64,000 nt of DNA from an uncultured virus (IMG/VR IMGVR_UViG_3300028586_000786). Its lineage: Duplodnaviria; Heunggongvirae; Uroviricota; Caudoviricetes. The notes under the pieces are model-generated. The model did not search any database. It was not told the DNA's origin and worked only from the letters and a program-made list of their open reading frames with translations. Location: IMG/VR virus record IMGVR_UViG_3300028586_000786. One strand, given 5' to 3'. Each line of letters opens with the position of its first letter. Within the stretch, counting starts at the first letter, position 1. Shown here one piece after another: positions 50,339-60,338 of the stretch. The translations under genes and the position numbers were made by a program.

Positions 50339-51121
50339 TCAGTCCATGAGGGCGCGCAACAGTCGTGCGTGCTCTTCAAACGGCATTGCAGTCCACTGCG
50401 CGGGTGTCAACTCGCGAGCAGCCATGACCTGCGTACAGGCATCGCGCCATGCGTGGCCGACTGCGTCGTCCTCGGAGGCGAACCAGGTTTCCGATTCGTC
50501 CGAGGGCGCAAGCCAGCGCCAGGTGTCGCCGGCTCGTTCAGGGTCCTGTTCGAACTCGTAGCCGAGGCTGTCGAGCACGTCTCGCCACTGCGACAGCTTG
50601 GGAGCAGGGTGCTGCTTGTTCATCTCGATGAAGCGCTGCAGCCAGCTCCAGCGCTCTGCCAAACTGCAGCCATCGAAGTCCTCGCAGCCCTGCTGATGTG
50701 CCCAGTCACTGACGTCGTCAATGTCCAGGTTCAGCTGCTCGCAGAGAGCTTCCTCTGCGTCAGACTGCAGGGCCCAGGTCGATGCGATGCTTTCGTGGTC
50801 GGCGCCGTCAGCGTACACGTCCACTGAGATGCCTTCATCGGTCAGGTTCGGATGAACCTTGTAGGGGCCGATGGCAATCCAGCAGTCCTGGCCAGGCTGC
50901 ACCGTAACGTGCGACTCAGATGGCGAGCCTGACGTATCCGGAGCGGTTGCTTGCTTGTCCAGGGCGGCCCGGCAGGCGTGTGCGTTCCGGAAGCCTTGCG
51001 AGGCCGCGAGGAGCTCCTCCATCAGGTCGACAACTACGTCGTTGCCGGACTTGGTGGTGAGGCCCAGGGCCTGGGCGCGGGTCAGCATACGCGCCGCAGC
51101 GCTACGAAATTCCTTGTTCAT
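50339..51121 (-). CDS. paralogue C: divergent shared N-terminal domain plus acidic C-terminus
   Basis: FRSAAARMLTRAQALG...MEELLAASQGFRNAHACRAAL; CAAGGA SD. Confidence 0.65.
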   Translation of the reverse strand: MNKEFRSAAARMLTRAQALGLTTKSGNDVVVDLMEELLAASQGFRNAHACRAALDKQATAPDTSGSPSESHVTVQPGQDCWIAIGPYKVHPNLTDEGISVDVYADGADHESIASTWALQSDAEEALCEQLNLDIDDVSDWAHQQGCEDFDGCSLAERWSWLQRFIEMNKQHPAPKLSQWRDVLDSLGYEFEQDPERAGDTWRWLAPSDESETWFASEDDAVGHAWRDACTQVMAARELTPAQWTAMPFEEHARLLRALMD

Positions 51122-51294
51122 ATCGGTTTCCTTGAGAAGTGGCGGAGCCACACATAGTTGGGGTTCGCATTGCAACAAAAGGCTCCACCGAATCGGTGGG
51201 AAACAAATTGTGGATGACGGCAAATGCCGTATTGCCTCCGTACCCGTGAGGGCGCGAACCAGAGACGTGCAGAGCTTAACGCATGCTGCTTGAT
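51122..51294 (-). ncRNA. candidate structured leader RNA C
   Basis: GCCC-TCAC-GGGT-ACGG; CCCACC; stem 51141-49/51181-89 enclosing 31 nt. Confidence 0.5.
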
Positions 51295-51361
51295 GTGTAG
51301 GTACTAACTAAATTTAAAAGTACGGACTACACCTAATCCTTCGACTCATCCAGAATCACCA

Positions 51362-51613
51362 ATGACGACGTTGCCCTCTCTGCATCGTGCATATGCGGTC
51401 CCTTCGCATCAACGCATTTCCGATTTGTCGCCGGTCCAGAACCTGGCCGAAATATCCGCTAGTCATGTCCGACATGCCGAAGGGCTCCTCGACTCAAAGC
51501 TCGCTGAACGCGCCCAAGAAGCGGCAGCGAACATGGAGGCGGCGGTCTATTCAAGTTTGGGGAAGGTGAGCAGGCCCCCCTCGCTTGGCAGCCTCCTTCG
51601 AGCAGTAGCCTAG
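51362..51613 (+). CDS. small hypothetical protein
   Basis: GGACTACAC 29 nt upstream. Confidence 0.5.
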   Translation: MTTLPSLHRAYAVPSHQRISDLSPVQNLAEISASHVRHAEGLLDSKLAERAQEAAANMEAAVYSSLGKVSRPPSLGSLLRAVA

Positions 51614-51675
51614 CGCTGCGCTGCCACGGATTCCCGGTTCCTAGACTACTCTTTCTCCTACGAGGACATCTCATC

Positions 51676-51885
51676 ATGAAAAACGCAAACTCCCTGTTCC
51701 CGCACGCTACCGAAGCCCGCTCCGCTCTCAACATGTTCAGCACCATGGCAACCCCGTTGCCGGCGCCGCGCATTTGGGACATGCTTCGCTCCCGTGCAGT
51801 CCGCGCCACCCCAGCGCGCCTGGACTTTGCCGACGGCAGCGCCCTGGTGTTCGATAATCCCGCCGCACCCATCCTCGCCGCCTGA
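51676..51885 (+). CDS. small hypothetical protein
   Basis: GAGGA SD. Confidence 0.55.
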   Translation: MKNANSLFPHATEARSALNMFSTMATPLPAPRIWDMLRSRAVRATPARLDFADGSALVFDNPAAPILAA

Positions 51886-51998
51886 CCAGTGACACCGCTC
51901 TTGCGGTGCGCTAAATTCGTTCCCTAAGCGCCGCCGCCCGCGGCGCTTTTCCTTTGGGCGCGAGCTATACCAACCAGGCAACCATGAAAGGAAAAGCC

Positions 51999-52409
51999 AT
52001 GACAGATACCGAGGGCACTTCGCCTAACACCGCTACAACGTCGAACGCACCAACCTGGCCGGCGCCTGTAACCACGTTTGACGCCAGCACCGAAAAAGGG
52101 TTTGAAGTTCGCTCGCAGTGCGGCCGAGTGTGGTTCGTTCCGCACGACGCAGTTATTGCCGACTACGCGGCGTACCTGGAGCAAGAGGACAAGCTCTCCA
52201 AAGAGGACGCCCTGGCCCAAGCGCGTCAGGACGAGGGCACCGCGCAGATGTGGTTCACCCAGCAGTTCAACTGGAGCGACATCGACCGCCACGGCCGACT
52301 TGTTCGCGAGGCGAGTGCGGAAGACCTCGAGCGCGCGCTGAAGTTCATGCGCACGTCAGGGCAATCGGCGCCCTCCGACGATTTCGAAGAACACAACATG
52401 CCTGCGTAA
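51999..52409 (+). CDS. hypothetical protein
   Basis: CTATAC-N5-AGGCAAC 28 nt upstream. Confidence 0.7.
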   Translation: MTDTEGTSPNTATTSNAPTWPAPVTTFDASTEKGFEVRSQCGRVWFVPHDAVIADYAAYLEQEDKLSKEDALAQARQDEGTAQMWFTQQFNWSDIDRHGRLVREASAEDLERALKFMRTSGQSAPSDDFEEHNMPA

Positions 52410-52502
52410 GCACGTGATTCCCCACGCCCTGATTCTTCAGGGCGTTTTTCTTTGGGAATCGCTATACAGAGCTTGAGACCAATTTACCTGTGAGGACTAT
52501 TG

Positions 52503-52997
52503 ATGACAGAGCGTGAAGAGTTTGTCAGGCAGATGGAGGCGCTATTTGGCACCGAAGAAGCATTGGGCGTCTGGTTCCGGCTCGATAACGGAACGCGGTT
52601 GACGCTTGAAGAGTACAACGCTCAGGCGGCTGCCGGCGACATGCCAGCCGCTTCGTCGTATCTGAGGACCGGCGGCTCGGCAGTTTGCTGTACCGACTAC
52701 GCCAGCCTCATCTACTGGGCGCTGCCTTCGCGCGTGCAGATTGTGGGCTTCGTCAACGAGGCCAATCCGACGTCGCGTATCGCTCGCGAGCGCATCCACC
52801 CTGGCGGGCACGACTTTGCGCTCATTGATGGGCGATACATTGTCGACCCATGGCCGCGGTTTGTGCCCATGGTCTTTGACCAGATGGTGTTCGACCTGGA
52901 GCATGAGGCCGACGCTGCGCTGGCGCTGGACATCTACGGGCCGCGCGCGTACTGGAAGCCCAATCCTGTTGCGGAAGAGTTCGCCAGTCAGCTATAG
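52503..52997 (+). CDS. hypothetical protein, possible Cys-His-Asp (transglutaminase-like) triad
   Basis: CCTDYA...GHDF...IVDPW; TCGCTATAC at 52459-52467. Confidence 0.65.
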   Translation: MTEREEFVRQMEALFGTEEALGVWFRLDNGTRLTLEEYNAQAAAGDMPAASSYLRTGGSAVCCTDYASLIYWALPSRVQIVGFVNEANPTSRIARERIHPGGHDFALIDGRYIVDPWPRFVPMVFDQMVFDLEHEADAALALDIYGPRAYWKPNPVAEEFASQL

Positions 52998-53127
52998 GCC
53001 ATTTTCGCAAGAATATCTTTTCAAGCCGCCCCTCCCGGGCGGCTTTTCTATGCGCCCAACAAGACCCACGAAATGAAAAGACCGCCCCGAGTCTTGTGAC
53101 AGAGGGCGGCTTGGTTGAATCAGGCGG

Positions 53128-53562
53128 TCAGCGGGTGTACGCCAGGGGATGCGGTGGCTCGATGCCGTAATTGCGCTCGTAGTCTGCTTTCGCATCGGAC
53201 GTTACGTCTTCGTCGGCCGAGAGGTGTTCGTTCCGGCCGCGGTAGTCGTTAATCCAGGAGTGGCGAGCGTCGTCCGACAACGAGTCCCAGCTTGGGAAGG
53301 GGACCTCGACTCCCAGCGCGACGCGCATCTTGCGCTCGGCCAACGGGTCGTCAGTTAATCGCAGCCGGATGGCAGTGAGCTGTTTGATGACGTCGTCGAT
53401 GTCGCCGCGCGCATTCGCCAAATTGAAGTCTGGGTTGCCGTCGTTGACCGCATCTATCCAGTTCGACGTCAGCGTGTTCATGGCCGCGCGGGTGGCGTAG
53501 CCGGAGAGGTCCTGTGCGATGTCCGTTGTGACGGTCTGGATATCGCGAATAGCGTCTTTCAT
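53128..53562 (-). CDS. hypothetical protein
   Basis: AAGGA SD; TCGCTACAC at 53601-53609. Confidence 0.7.
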   Translation of the reverse strand: MKDAIRDIQTVTTDIAQDLSGYATRAAMNTLTSNWIDAVNDGNPDFNLANARGDIDDVIKQLTAIRLRLTDDPLAERKMRVALGVEVPFPSWDSLSDDARHSWINDYRGRNEHLSADEDVTSDAKADYERNYGIEPPHPLAYTR

Positions 53563-53690
53563 GAGTGTCCTTTGAGAAGGGGTGCCAGGGGATACCTGCA
53601 GTGTAGCGAAGGGTAGTGTCCGTACCTCCTGCCGCCCGGCCCTGAACAGCGATTCGCTATACTGAAAAGGACAATTACTTCGAAGGCTAT

Positions 53691-53942
53691 ATGACCATCG
53701 CACAAATCAAGGCCGCCATGCTGGCGCGCATCTACGAACTGCCACTCCCGTTCTCAGTAACGAAAATCCTGGAGAATCAGGAGTACGGTTTCACGGCACT
53801 TCAGACGGGCGAGCTGGTTCGCAATCCAAACGCCCAGTATGGTCCAACGGACTACCGCGAGATTTTCCGTCTCGAGGACCTGGAGCTTTGGGAGCTCGCG
53901 ATTCTGCTTGAGGCTCAGGAAGCCGCTGTCGCACTTTCGTAA
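53691..53942 (+). CDS. small hypothetical protein
   Basis: TCGCTATAC-N5-AGGACAAT 28 nt upstream. Confidence 0.7.
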   Translation: MTIAQIKAAMLARIYELPLPFSVTKILENQEYGFTALQTGELVRNPNAQYGPTDYREIFRLEDLELWELAILLEAQEAAVALS

Positions 53943-54070
53943 AGACATGTTCTTCTTCAAAGCCAGCATTTGCTGGCTTTTTCTTTTACGTGTGCCACAG
54001 GCAAGCGCTCCGAACGGATAAGTACGAGCGTCTATACATCCCGACCCTTAATTCGCTCGGGACCTTATCC

Positions 54071-54961
54071 ATGGATGCACCTCGCAACTCTTCGCCCGGC
54101 CCTCAGGCCGACAAAACCGGCGCGCGTCGGTTCAACGACCACATGGTGCTCGACACCCAGGGCATCGCAATGCTCGACACCTGGTTCCAGCAGACCTACG
54201 ACGTCGACACCCAGCCGGCTACCCAGGTGGTGCAGTTGAAAGGCATCGACCTGTGCGTAAAACTACGCAATCGCCGCGGCATGCGCTTCGTCGGCGTTGA
54301 CCTGAAGGCGGACAATAACGTCAGCGGAAATATCAGCCTCGAGCTTATCTCGCAGGACCGCCCGAACTCGCGCCACTCCGAGCCAGTCGTGGGCTGGACG
54401 GGAAAGCAGATGCCACTGGTTGCCCAGCTCTTCGTTCGGACCGGCGAGATGGTGGTCATTGATATGACCATGTTCTATCCCTGGCTGTTCGCGCAGCTCA
54501 AAGACATTGTTGAAGGGCGCGCGCAAGGGTTCGCGATGACCGGGGCCTGGCTGAGCGCTACGCCGAACCCGACGTACCAGAGCCATAACATCATCGTGTC
54601 TATTGCGACCTTGCTCGACGAAGCGCCTGGCTGTATGTATCTGCGCGCCGGCGACGTCCTGTCCGCGGACCAGTTTGCCTCGCTGCGCCCAGCAGCGGGC
54701 TTTGAGCCGTTGCTGCTTCCGAAGCGGCCTTACGATGCAAAGACTGCCGCTGAGGCCCTGGAGGAGCGATTGGCGGCCCTCGGAGGGTATGACGTGAAGC
54801 CGCAGCTGACCGCAGAAGAAAAAGAGCGCCTGCTGCGATTCCTTGAGCCGCGGGTCAAGTACAGCCGGAAGAACGAAGAAATTCGTAAAAAAGGCCTGGC
54901 CCTCCAAGCGAGCCGGCCGCGTTTGACGCTGCCTGAAGACGCTGCGCCTACTTCGGCGTGA
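54071..54961 (+). CDS. putative PD-(D/E)XK nuclease-fold protein
   Basis: Q.KGID...VDLKAD...GNISLE pattern. Confidence 0.55.
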   Translation: MDAPRNSSPGPQADKTGARRFNDHMVLDTQGIAMLDTWFQQTYDVDTQPATQVVQLKGIDLCVKLRNRRGMRFVGVDLKADNNVSGNISLELISQDRPNSRHSEPVVGWTGKQMPLVAQLFVRTGEMVVIDMTMFYPWLFAQLKDIVEGRAQGFAMTGAWLSATPNPTYQSHNIIVSIATLLDEAPGCMYLRAGDVLSADQFASLRPAAGFEPLLLPKRPYDAKTAAEALEERLAALGGYDVKPQLTAEEKERLLRFLEPRVKYSRKNEEIRKKGLALQASRPRLTLPEDAAPTSA

Positions 54962-54975
54962 ACCGAGAGTCGTCA

Positions 54976-55284
54976 ATGAGCACTTTCGTATATGAGCCGC
55001 TCGGTCGACTCGCTAAGGCCGTTGCCAAAACCGGTGTCCTGCCGGTCCGCGCAGTTGCAGCCGTGGCCGCATTGCTCTTACCGCTAGGCGTTCACGCACC
55101 AGCGGACGCTGCCGGCGCCGCGCGATTTGAGGTGAGCTTCGTCATTCGGGCCGAGTGTACTGTCAAAGCTACTGAAGCAAGGGTTCCCACTGTCGAGTGC
55201 AATGGCACAAGTCCCTATCGGATTTCGCCTACGATGACCCCAGGCGCAGGGTTCCGAAGCGCTGGCTGGACCATCACATTTTAA
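54976..55284 (+). CDS. small secreted protein, Csu/spore-coat-U pilin-like
   Basis: Signal peptide then F.VS..I..EC.V and terminal I.F. Confidence 0.45.
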   Translation: MSTFVYEPLGRLAKAVAKTGVLPVRAVAAVAALLLPLGVHAPADAAGAARFEVSFVIRAECTVKATEARVPTVECNGTSPYRISPTMTPGAGFRSAGWTITF

Positions 55285-55290
55285 GTCCAC

Positions 55291-55878
55291 TTATCGAAGT
55301 GCGGTGCTTGGCACTTGCGACGCGAGCGACTGCACAATCGTCCGGGTGTTCGCGCTCGCCAGCGCCAGCGCCTCCGGCGTGCCTGTCAATGGCGTCCATC
55401 GCCCGTTGTCCAGCACCTCGACCGTGAGAGAGCCTAGCGTCTCCAGGTCGAGGGGAACCTGGTCCAAACAGCCCCACCATTGATTTGGCTGCGCCCCTAC
55501 TGACAGCCCCGCCATTACCATCTGATGCACGTCCTTTGAGTCGATACCTGCAACCAAGGGTAGTCGCGACCAGGGCAGCAGCTTGATGTCTGCTGGACTG
55601 AGCGAGTCTAGGCGCTTTGTGTTCAAGCAGAAGCGATAGCACCCCACGATTTCGTGAAGTTTTTCCAGCGGCGGCCGGCCGTAGGTCTTCCCGCGGTCCA
55701 GGCTGATGAGCTTCGTGGCCGTAGGTTCCCAATGCGGGTTGGTGGACCACCACAGAATGGGTTTTTCTCGGGCATTGACGGCTTTGCCGAAACCGAAAGG
55801 CTTCAGGTATCCGCTATCCGAAATCAGGCCAATCTTTGGGCCGACGGTATAGTGGTACAAGAGGTCTGGAATCTTCAT
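55291..55878 (-). CDS. putative ADP-ribosyltransferase-fold protein
   Basis: LYHYT...I..SG.LKP...LWWSTN. Confidence 0.45.
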   Translation of the reverse strand: MKIPDLLYHYTVGPKIGLISDSGYLKPFGFGKAVNAREKPILWWSTNPHWEPTATKLISLDRGKTYGRPPLEKLHEIVGCYRFCLNTKRLDSLSPADIKLLPWSRLPLVAGIDSKDVHQMVMAGLSVGAQPNQWWGCLDQVPLDLETLGSLTVEVLDNGRWTPLTGTPEALALASANTRTIVQSLASQVPSTALR

Positions 55879-56002
55879 GCGGAGCCTGTAAAACCTAAGG
55901 AGGCTAACACTTTGCCATAGACTTGGCCTAAAGGGAAGGCCAGGGTTAGGGCCCACAAGCAATTACCTACACAGAAGAGGTCAAATTCTAAAAGGAGCAT
56001 CC

Positions 56003-56896
56003 ATGTCATCCGTTACCCCTGAAAATCGTCCCGAAGTTCGTATTCATGACGCAACCGTTAACATCTGGTGCGAAGACCCGTTTTCCGAGCAAGTCAAGAG
56101 CATCTTCAAGGCCGTGAAGGCCTTGCTCAATCGTCGCGGCTTCTCCCTCGGCCCGGACCCTGTTGTCCATCATCGAATCCTCGTGAAGACGCATCGTGCT
56201 GGCAAGGCGGGGGACCTCGAGGTGGCAGCGAGTTTGTCTGGTCGGCACATCGAAGTCCAGTTCTTCCAGAACGTCCACCAGGTGCAAAATCCGAATGGCG
56301 GCAGGTACGACTTCGATAAGCTCGCGCGCATGCCTTTCCTTTTGCGTAAGCGCGCGCAGCTGGAAATGAACAAGGTACGGGAGCTGTTGGTCAGCAAGTT
56401 TGGCGCCTCGGTGACGAAAGGTGACGTTCCGTTGCCTCACCCAAACCGGTCGACGGCTGTCGAGTTCATCGAGGCTCGCAACCGTGGCAGTGGGCACTTC
56501 AAGGCTGAGTTGGGCCATGCAGACTGGTACGCTGACTACAACCGTCAAACCGGCGACCGCCAGCTGCTTACGCATGGCACGCCCGTGTACTTCCGCGACC
56601 GTAAAGGCCGCTGGGCTTGCGGCGTTGCGTACTACAACCTGAACAACATGTGGTGGGTTGCAGTCGGTAAGTATGAGGTACGCAATCTGTGCTCGACGGA
56701 CCTTTTCGTCAGGCCGCCTCTCAATGTTCGCCTGAAGGCCAATCTGGCGCTGAGCATCAAAAGGGTTGCGACTCTCATCAAAGAAGCAGTAGCGGCGGAG
56801 GATTTCCTGCGCGCCCAGCAGCTCAAACTCGTGCGTGACCGTCTGCAAGCTCAAGAGGCCGCGGCGGTGGCGGCGCCTGAGCTGGCCGAGGCATAG
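56003..56896 (+). CDS. phage/plasmid-type hypothetical protein with C-terminal UVR-like helix
   Basis: AAGGAG SD; AV..EDF.RA..LK; CTACAC-N5-AGG upstream. Confidence 0.7.
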   Translation: MSSVTPENRPEVRIHDATVNIWCEDPFSEQVKSIFKAVKALLNRRGFSLGPDPVVHHRILVKTHRAGKAGDLEVAASLSGRHIEVQFFQNVHQVQNPNGGRYDFDKLARMPFLLRKRAQLEMNKVRELLVSKFGASVTKGDVPLPHPNRSTAVEFIEARNRGSGHFKAELGHADWYADYNRQTGDRQLLTHGTPVYFRDRKGRWACGVAYYNLNNMWWVAVGKYEVRNLCSTDLFVRPPLNVRLKANLALSIKRVATLIKEAVAAEDFLRAQQLKLVRDRLQAQEAAAVAAPELAEA

Positions 56897-56943
56897 CCGT
56901 TTTCAACAAGCCTGGGACTTCGTTCCCAGGCTTTTCTTCGTGC

Positions 56944-57468
56944 TCACCAAGTTCTGAACTGAGTCATTACTTCGGTCTCGCGCGCGGCTTCCGCTTCCAG
57001 GGCCGCAATCGCTTCTTCCCAAGTGCAGGCAACAAACTCTTTATGGGTCTGTCGCCCCTCTTTTAACCGCAATGCACGGCGCACGGCCACCTCGACGGCA
57101 AAGCGGTCCGCAACCTGCCTGCACGCAACTGGAACGAAATACCCAACGACGCCGGCCGAGTCGAGCGATTTGATGCGCTCGGCTACCGCTCCGCGCGTCT
57201 GGCCAATCTTGTACAGATTCGCGTGCACTGGGTTGGTAACGACATATACCGTGCCTTCGGTCCTGGAGAAGTGCTCCTTCAAACACATCCAGGCAAAGTC
57301 TTGCCAGTCGTCGGCGAGGGGGTGGTCGTCAAACGTGGAGATGAGGTTGGTGTGGCCCCGGCGGGCCAGCTCGCACAGGTAGGTGCCGAGTCGAACAGCC
57401 TGCCCGTTTTGAAAAAGGTTCCAAAGCGCTTTACGGGAGGTCGGGTGCAATACGGGAAGAGGGGGCAT
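56944..57468 (-). CDS. GIY-YIG (T5orf172-type) domain protein
   Basis: GTVYVV.N...YKIGQT...ERI..L...E...KEF. Confidence 0.75.
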   Translation of the reverse strand: MPPLPVLHPTSRKALWNLFQNGQAVRLGTYLCELARRGHTNLISTFDDHPLADDWQDFAWMCLKEHFSRTEGTVYVVTNPVHANLYKIGQTRGAVAERIKSLDSAGVVGYFVPVACRQVADRFAVEVAVRRALRLKEGRQTHKEFVACTWEEAIAALEAEAARETEVMTQFRTW

Positions 57469-57618
57469 CGACCGTATAGCAGGTGGGGTTTATGCTCACG
57501 AGGCATGTTTGCTGGCGCGCAACACATTTCAGGCATCCTCTAGCTTTAGCGTGATTGCGCTTGGGCAATTAAAGGAATTCAGTTACGCTGTTCTTTACCT
57601 TGATTGAAGAGAGCGTTC

Positions 57619-57960
57619 ATGTCAAAAGCTGAAAGGCTAGCTGCCCTCAAAGCTGATATCGCACAGAGCCGCACTGCAGGGGAACTCGGCCATCCTGAGA
57701 TATGCAGTGTTATCGCGAATATTCGTAAAACAATGGCAGCTCACGGATTGACGCCGGCGCACCTCGGCTTCGACCTGACGCCGCAGCCTCGAAGGCAGCC
57801 TGTGCCCTCGCGCCGAGTAGGTGCGGGAGTGGTGCGATTTCAAGACCCAGCGTCGGGTAAAACATGGACTGGGTTTGGGAAGCCACCGGCATGGATTGCC
57901 GGCGCCGATAATCGGGAAATGTTTCGCATCAAGGACGGCACAGCCGGAGTTAGGGCTTGA
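57619..57960 (+). CDS. hns: H-NS family nucleoid-associated protein
   Basis: F.DP.SGKTWTGFGKPPAWI C-terminal motif. Confidence 0.85.
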   Translation: MSKAERLAALKADIAQSRTAGELGHPEICSVIANIRKTMAAHGLTPAHLGFDLTPQPRRQPVPSRRVGAGVVRFQDPASGKTWTGFGKPPAWIAGADNREMFRIKDGTAGVRA

Positions 57961-58038
57961 GCTTAGGGATACTGGGTTCGCTACACCGTATAGGCCCGGT
58001 GTCTCAGCCGAATTTCCCCACTCTTTCAGGAACTACCA

Positions 58039-58266
58039 ATGAGCCTTGCTCTCGCCCGACAAATTCCTTCTGGCGCCGAAGTTACCGTGACCCTTACCAG
58101 CGGTAAATCCTTCAGCGGCCGCGAAGCTTCGTCACCCGCTCAGCGCGACGACGAGCTGTTACAGCTCGAGAAATACCTGACCATCTCCGGCGCCAATGGC
58201 GACAAGCAGCTGTTCATCGCCAACTACAAGGATATCGCCAGCATCGAGATGAAAGCAATCCGCTAA
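58039..58266 (+). CDS. small protein, possible Sm/LSm-like fold
   Basis: G..VTVTL.SG..F.G...LLQL...IASI; TCGCTACAC at 57978-57986. Confidence 0.5.
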   Translation: MSLALARQIPSGAEVTVTLTSGKSFSGREASSPAQRDDELLQLEKYLTISGANGDKQLFIANYKDIASIEMKAIR

Positions 58267-58340
58267 ATCGACGCGCCTTCAATCAAAAGCCACCGGAGAC
58301 TGACGTCTTGCGGTGGCTTTTTTATGTGAAAACGGCTGTC

Positions 58341-59333
58341 TTAGCTTCCGGTCCACCAGCGGTACCCTGCAGGGATGCATGTTTTTCCAGACTGAGCGAA
58401 GAACGCAGTGATGGTAGTTGCCGAGTCAAAAGTACGGAACCCGACAACAGGCCGAACGGCTCCAGCGGAGGCCCATTTCACCGTTGTGACGACGGTGCAG
58501 GAGGTGACGTCATAAATCGTCATTGTGCGGGCGCCGATGTCGGCTGCGAAGCCATATCGTGCTGTCGAGGAGCTTTGAAGAGTTGCCCGCCCGGAAGGCG
58601 TAACGCCCGCGCTTCCGCTTCCGAAGACATTGCGGTCCCGGTACATCAGGTCCACGTAGTAGCCTCCGCCGCCAGGTAGATAGGTGCTCAGGGCCCCTTT
58701 TCCTGTCGACTGCATTTCCCAGTACCATGTTCCGCTGGTCTTGCTGTTAGCAAAGGGAACGTCCGCAGTCTTGCCGCCAGGCGTTGAAACCGTCGTTGCG
58801 TTATTGCTGTACGTCACCGAGGGAATCCCCAACTGGAACGTTCCTGGCGTGGTGGCCGTGGCACCTGCAAAGGTAGCGGTCAGAGGGGAGGCCCCTCCGC
58901 CCAGCGCGATTGACAAGCTAGCGTTCGAAGAAGACTCCGCCTGGTTGTTACGGTACGAAACGGTGAACGTGCAGCTCGCATTGGGCAGCAAGTTAGCGGC
59001 GCATGACTCGTTGGCGGTAGTGAAGGGGGTGCTTATTGAGCCGAACGAGAGGGTGGCCGGTGACGTTCCCGTGTTCGATAGCGTGAAAGCCTTCGTCACC
59101 GACTGGCCCGCAGCGACCGTACCAAAATCCCACACATTTGGAGACAAGCTTACTTGTGGGGGCACCGGGGCCGGAGCGGGCGCAGGCTTTTCCGGCGCGA
59201 CAGGAGCGGGGCCGCTGGCGCTTGCCGCTTTAATGCCTTGTGCATGCACGCGCATCTCGTACGGGGTGCTGGCCTGAGCCGTCATTACTGAGGTCAGCAG
59301 TAGGGCTGACAGAATCGTATTGCATTTTTTCAT
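58341..59333 (-). CDS. secreted protein with one choice-of-anchor-D Ig repeat and a SPRY-like domain
   Basis: Signal peptide; WDFG.V......F.L.NTG; KTSGTWYWE...YGFA.D. Confidence 0.75.
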   Translation of the reverse strand: MKKCNTILSALLLTSVMTAQASTPYEMRVHAQGIKAASASGPAPVAPEKPAPAPAPVPPQVSLSPNVWDFGTVAAGQSVTKAFTLSNTGTSPATLSFGSISTPFTTANESCAANLLPNASCTFTVSYRNNQAESSSNASLSIALGGGASPLTATFAGATATTPGTFQLGIPSVTYSNNATTVSTPGGKTADVPFANSKTSGTWYWEMQSTGKGALSTYLPGGGGYYVDLMYRDRNVFGSGSAGVTPSGRATLQSSSTARYGFAADIGARTMTIYDVTSCTVVTTVKWASAGAVRPVVGFRTFDSATTITAFFAQSGKTCIPAGYRWWTGS

Positions 59334-59441
59334 TAAATTGTCCGGCGAAGGTGAATCGGTATCTGGGTATAGCGACATACGCGGAGGCGTCGGTCACGAG
59401 AAGTGCGCACCCACCGACGCCAAAGACGCCGGACTATACGC

Positions 59442-60338
59442 CTATGCCCCGTAGCGAGTCATTTCTTCCACGAAGGCTGCGGCGCAGCGCGAAGTCACCT
59501 CGACGTTGTACCCGCCCTCCAGGCACGCGACCACTCGATGGTTTACGCTCAGGATTTGCTGCGCCACCCAGGCGTAATCTTCATCGCCCAAGCCAATAGT
59601 GCCTAGCGGGTCTTCTCGATGGGCGTCGAAACCGGCTGACACCAGGATAAGCTCCGGCTCGAAGTTCTTCACTTCAGCGAGCATGGTGGTCCAGGCCGCT
59701 CGAAACTCCCTTGCGGAACTGCAGCGGGCCCGCAGGATGTTGTCTGGGCAGAACTCGCCAAGGGCCAGATAGGGGTAGCCCATCTGGTACGTTTCCGCGA
59801 ACAGCACATGGCCATTGCCCATGAAGGACAGGACGGTGCCGTCCCCCGAATGGGTGTCGATGTCCAGCACTGCAATACGGCTCACTCCCCGTGACAACGC
59901 ATGGCGTGCTGCGATGGCGACCTGATTGGTGAAACAGAAGCCGCCGGCCGACTCACTGTGAGCGTGGTGCCCTGCATAAGTCACGCAAAACGCGTTCGAC
60001 GCTTCCTCGTCCAACACCGAGTCGACCGCCTGGCAGGCGGCGCCGGCAGAGAGACCAATCATCCGCCAGGTGTGCCGGTTCAGGACCGTCTCGTTGTCGA
60101 TATAGTGGTGCTTTCCCTCTTCGCGAGGCGTGTAAGCGTGCAGCTGGCCGACGAACGCACTGGTGTGGTTCCGCTCGAGCTCTTCCTTGGTTGCAAGTCT
60201 GGCGTCGCAAAGGCGAATACCGGGCACCGTTGCCACACGCGCGTAGATGCGCTCGAGACGGTCCGAGGCCATAGCTTTGTGGTTGGCGGCCGCGTCATGC
60301 AGGAAAATGTCGGGGTGCGAATAGACGTGAGTGGTCAT
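59442..60338 (-). CDS. histone deacetylase family (zinc-dependent) deacylase
   Basis: GHHA, GFC..N, DIDTHSGDGT, SAGFDAH..DPLG, LEGGY. Confidence 0.92.
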   Translation of the reverse strand: MTTHVYSHPDIFLHDAAANHKAMASDRLERIYARVATVPGIRLCDARLATKEELERNHTSAFVGQLHAYTPREEGKHHYIDNETVLNRHTWRMIGLSAGAACQAVDSVLDEEASNAFCVTYAGHHAHSESAGGFCFTNQVAIAARHALSRGVSRIAVLDIDTHSGDGTVLSFMGNGHVLFAETYQMGYPYLALGEFCPDNILRARCSSAREFRAAWTTMLAEVKNFEPELILVSAGFDAHREDPLGTIGLGDEDYAWVAQQILSVNHRVVACLEGGYNVEVTSRCAAAFVEEMTRYGA

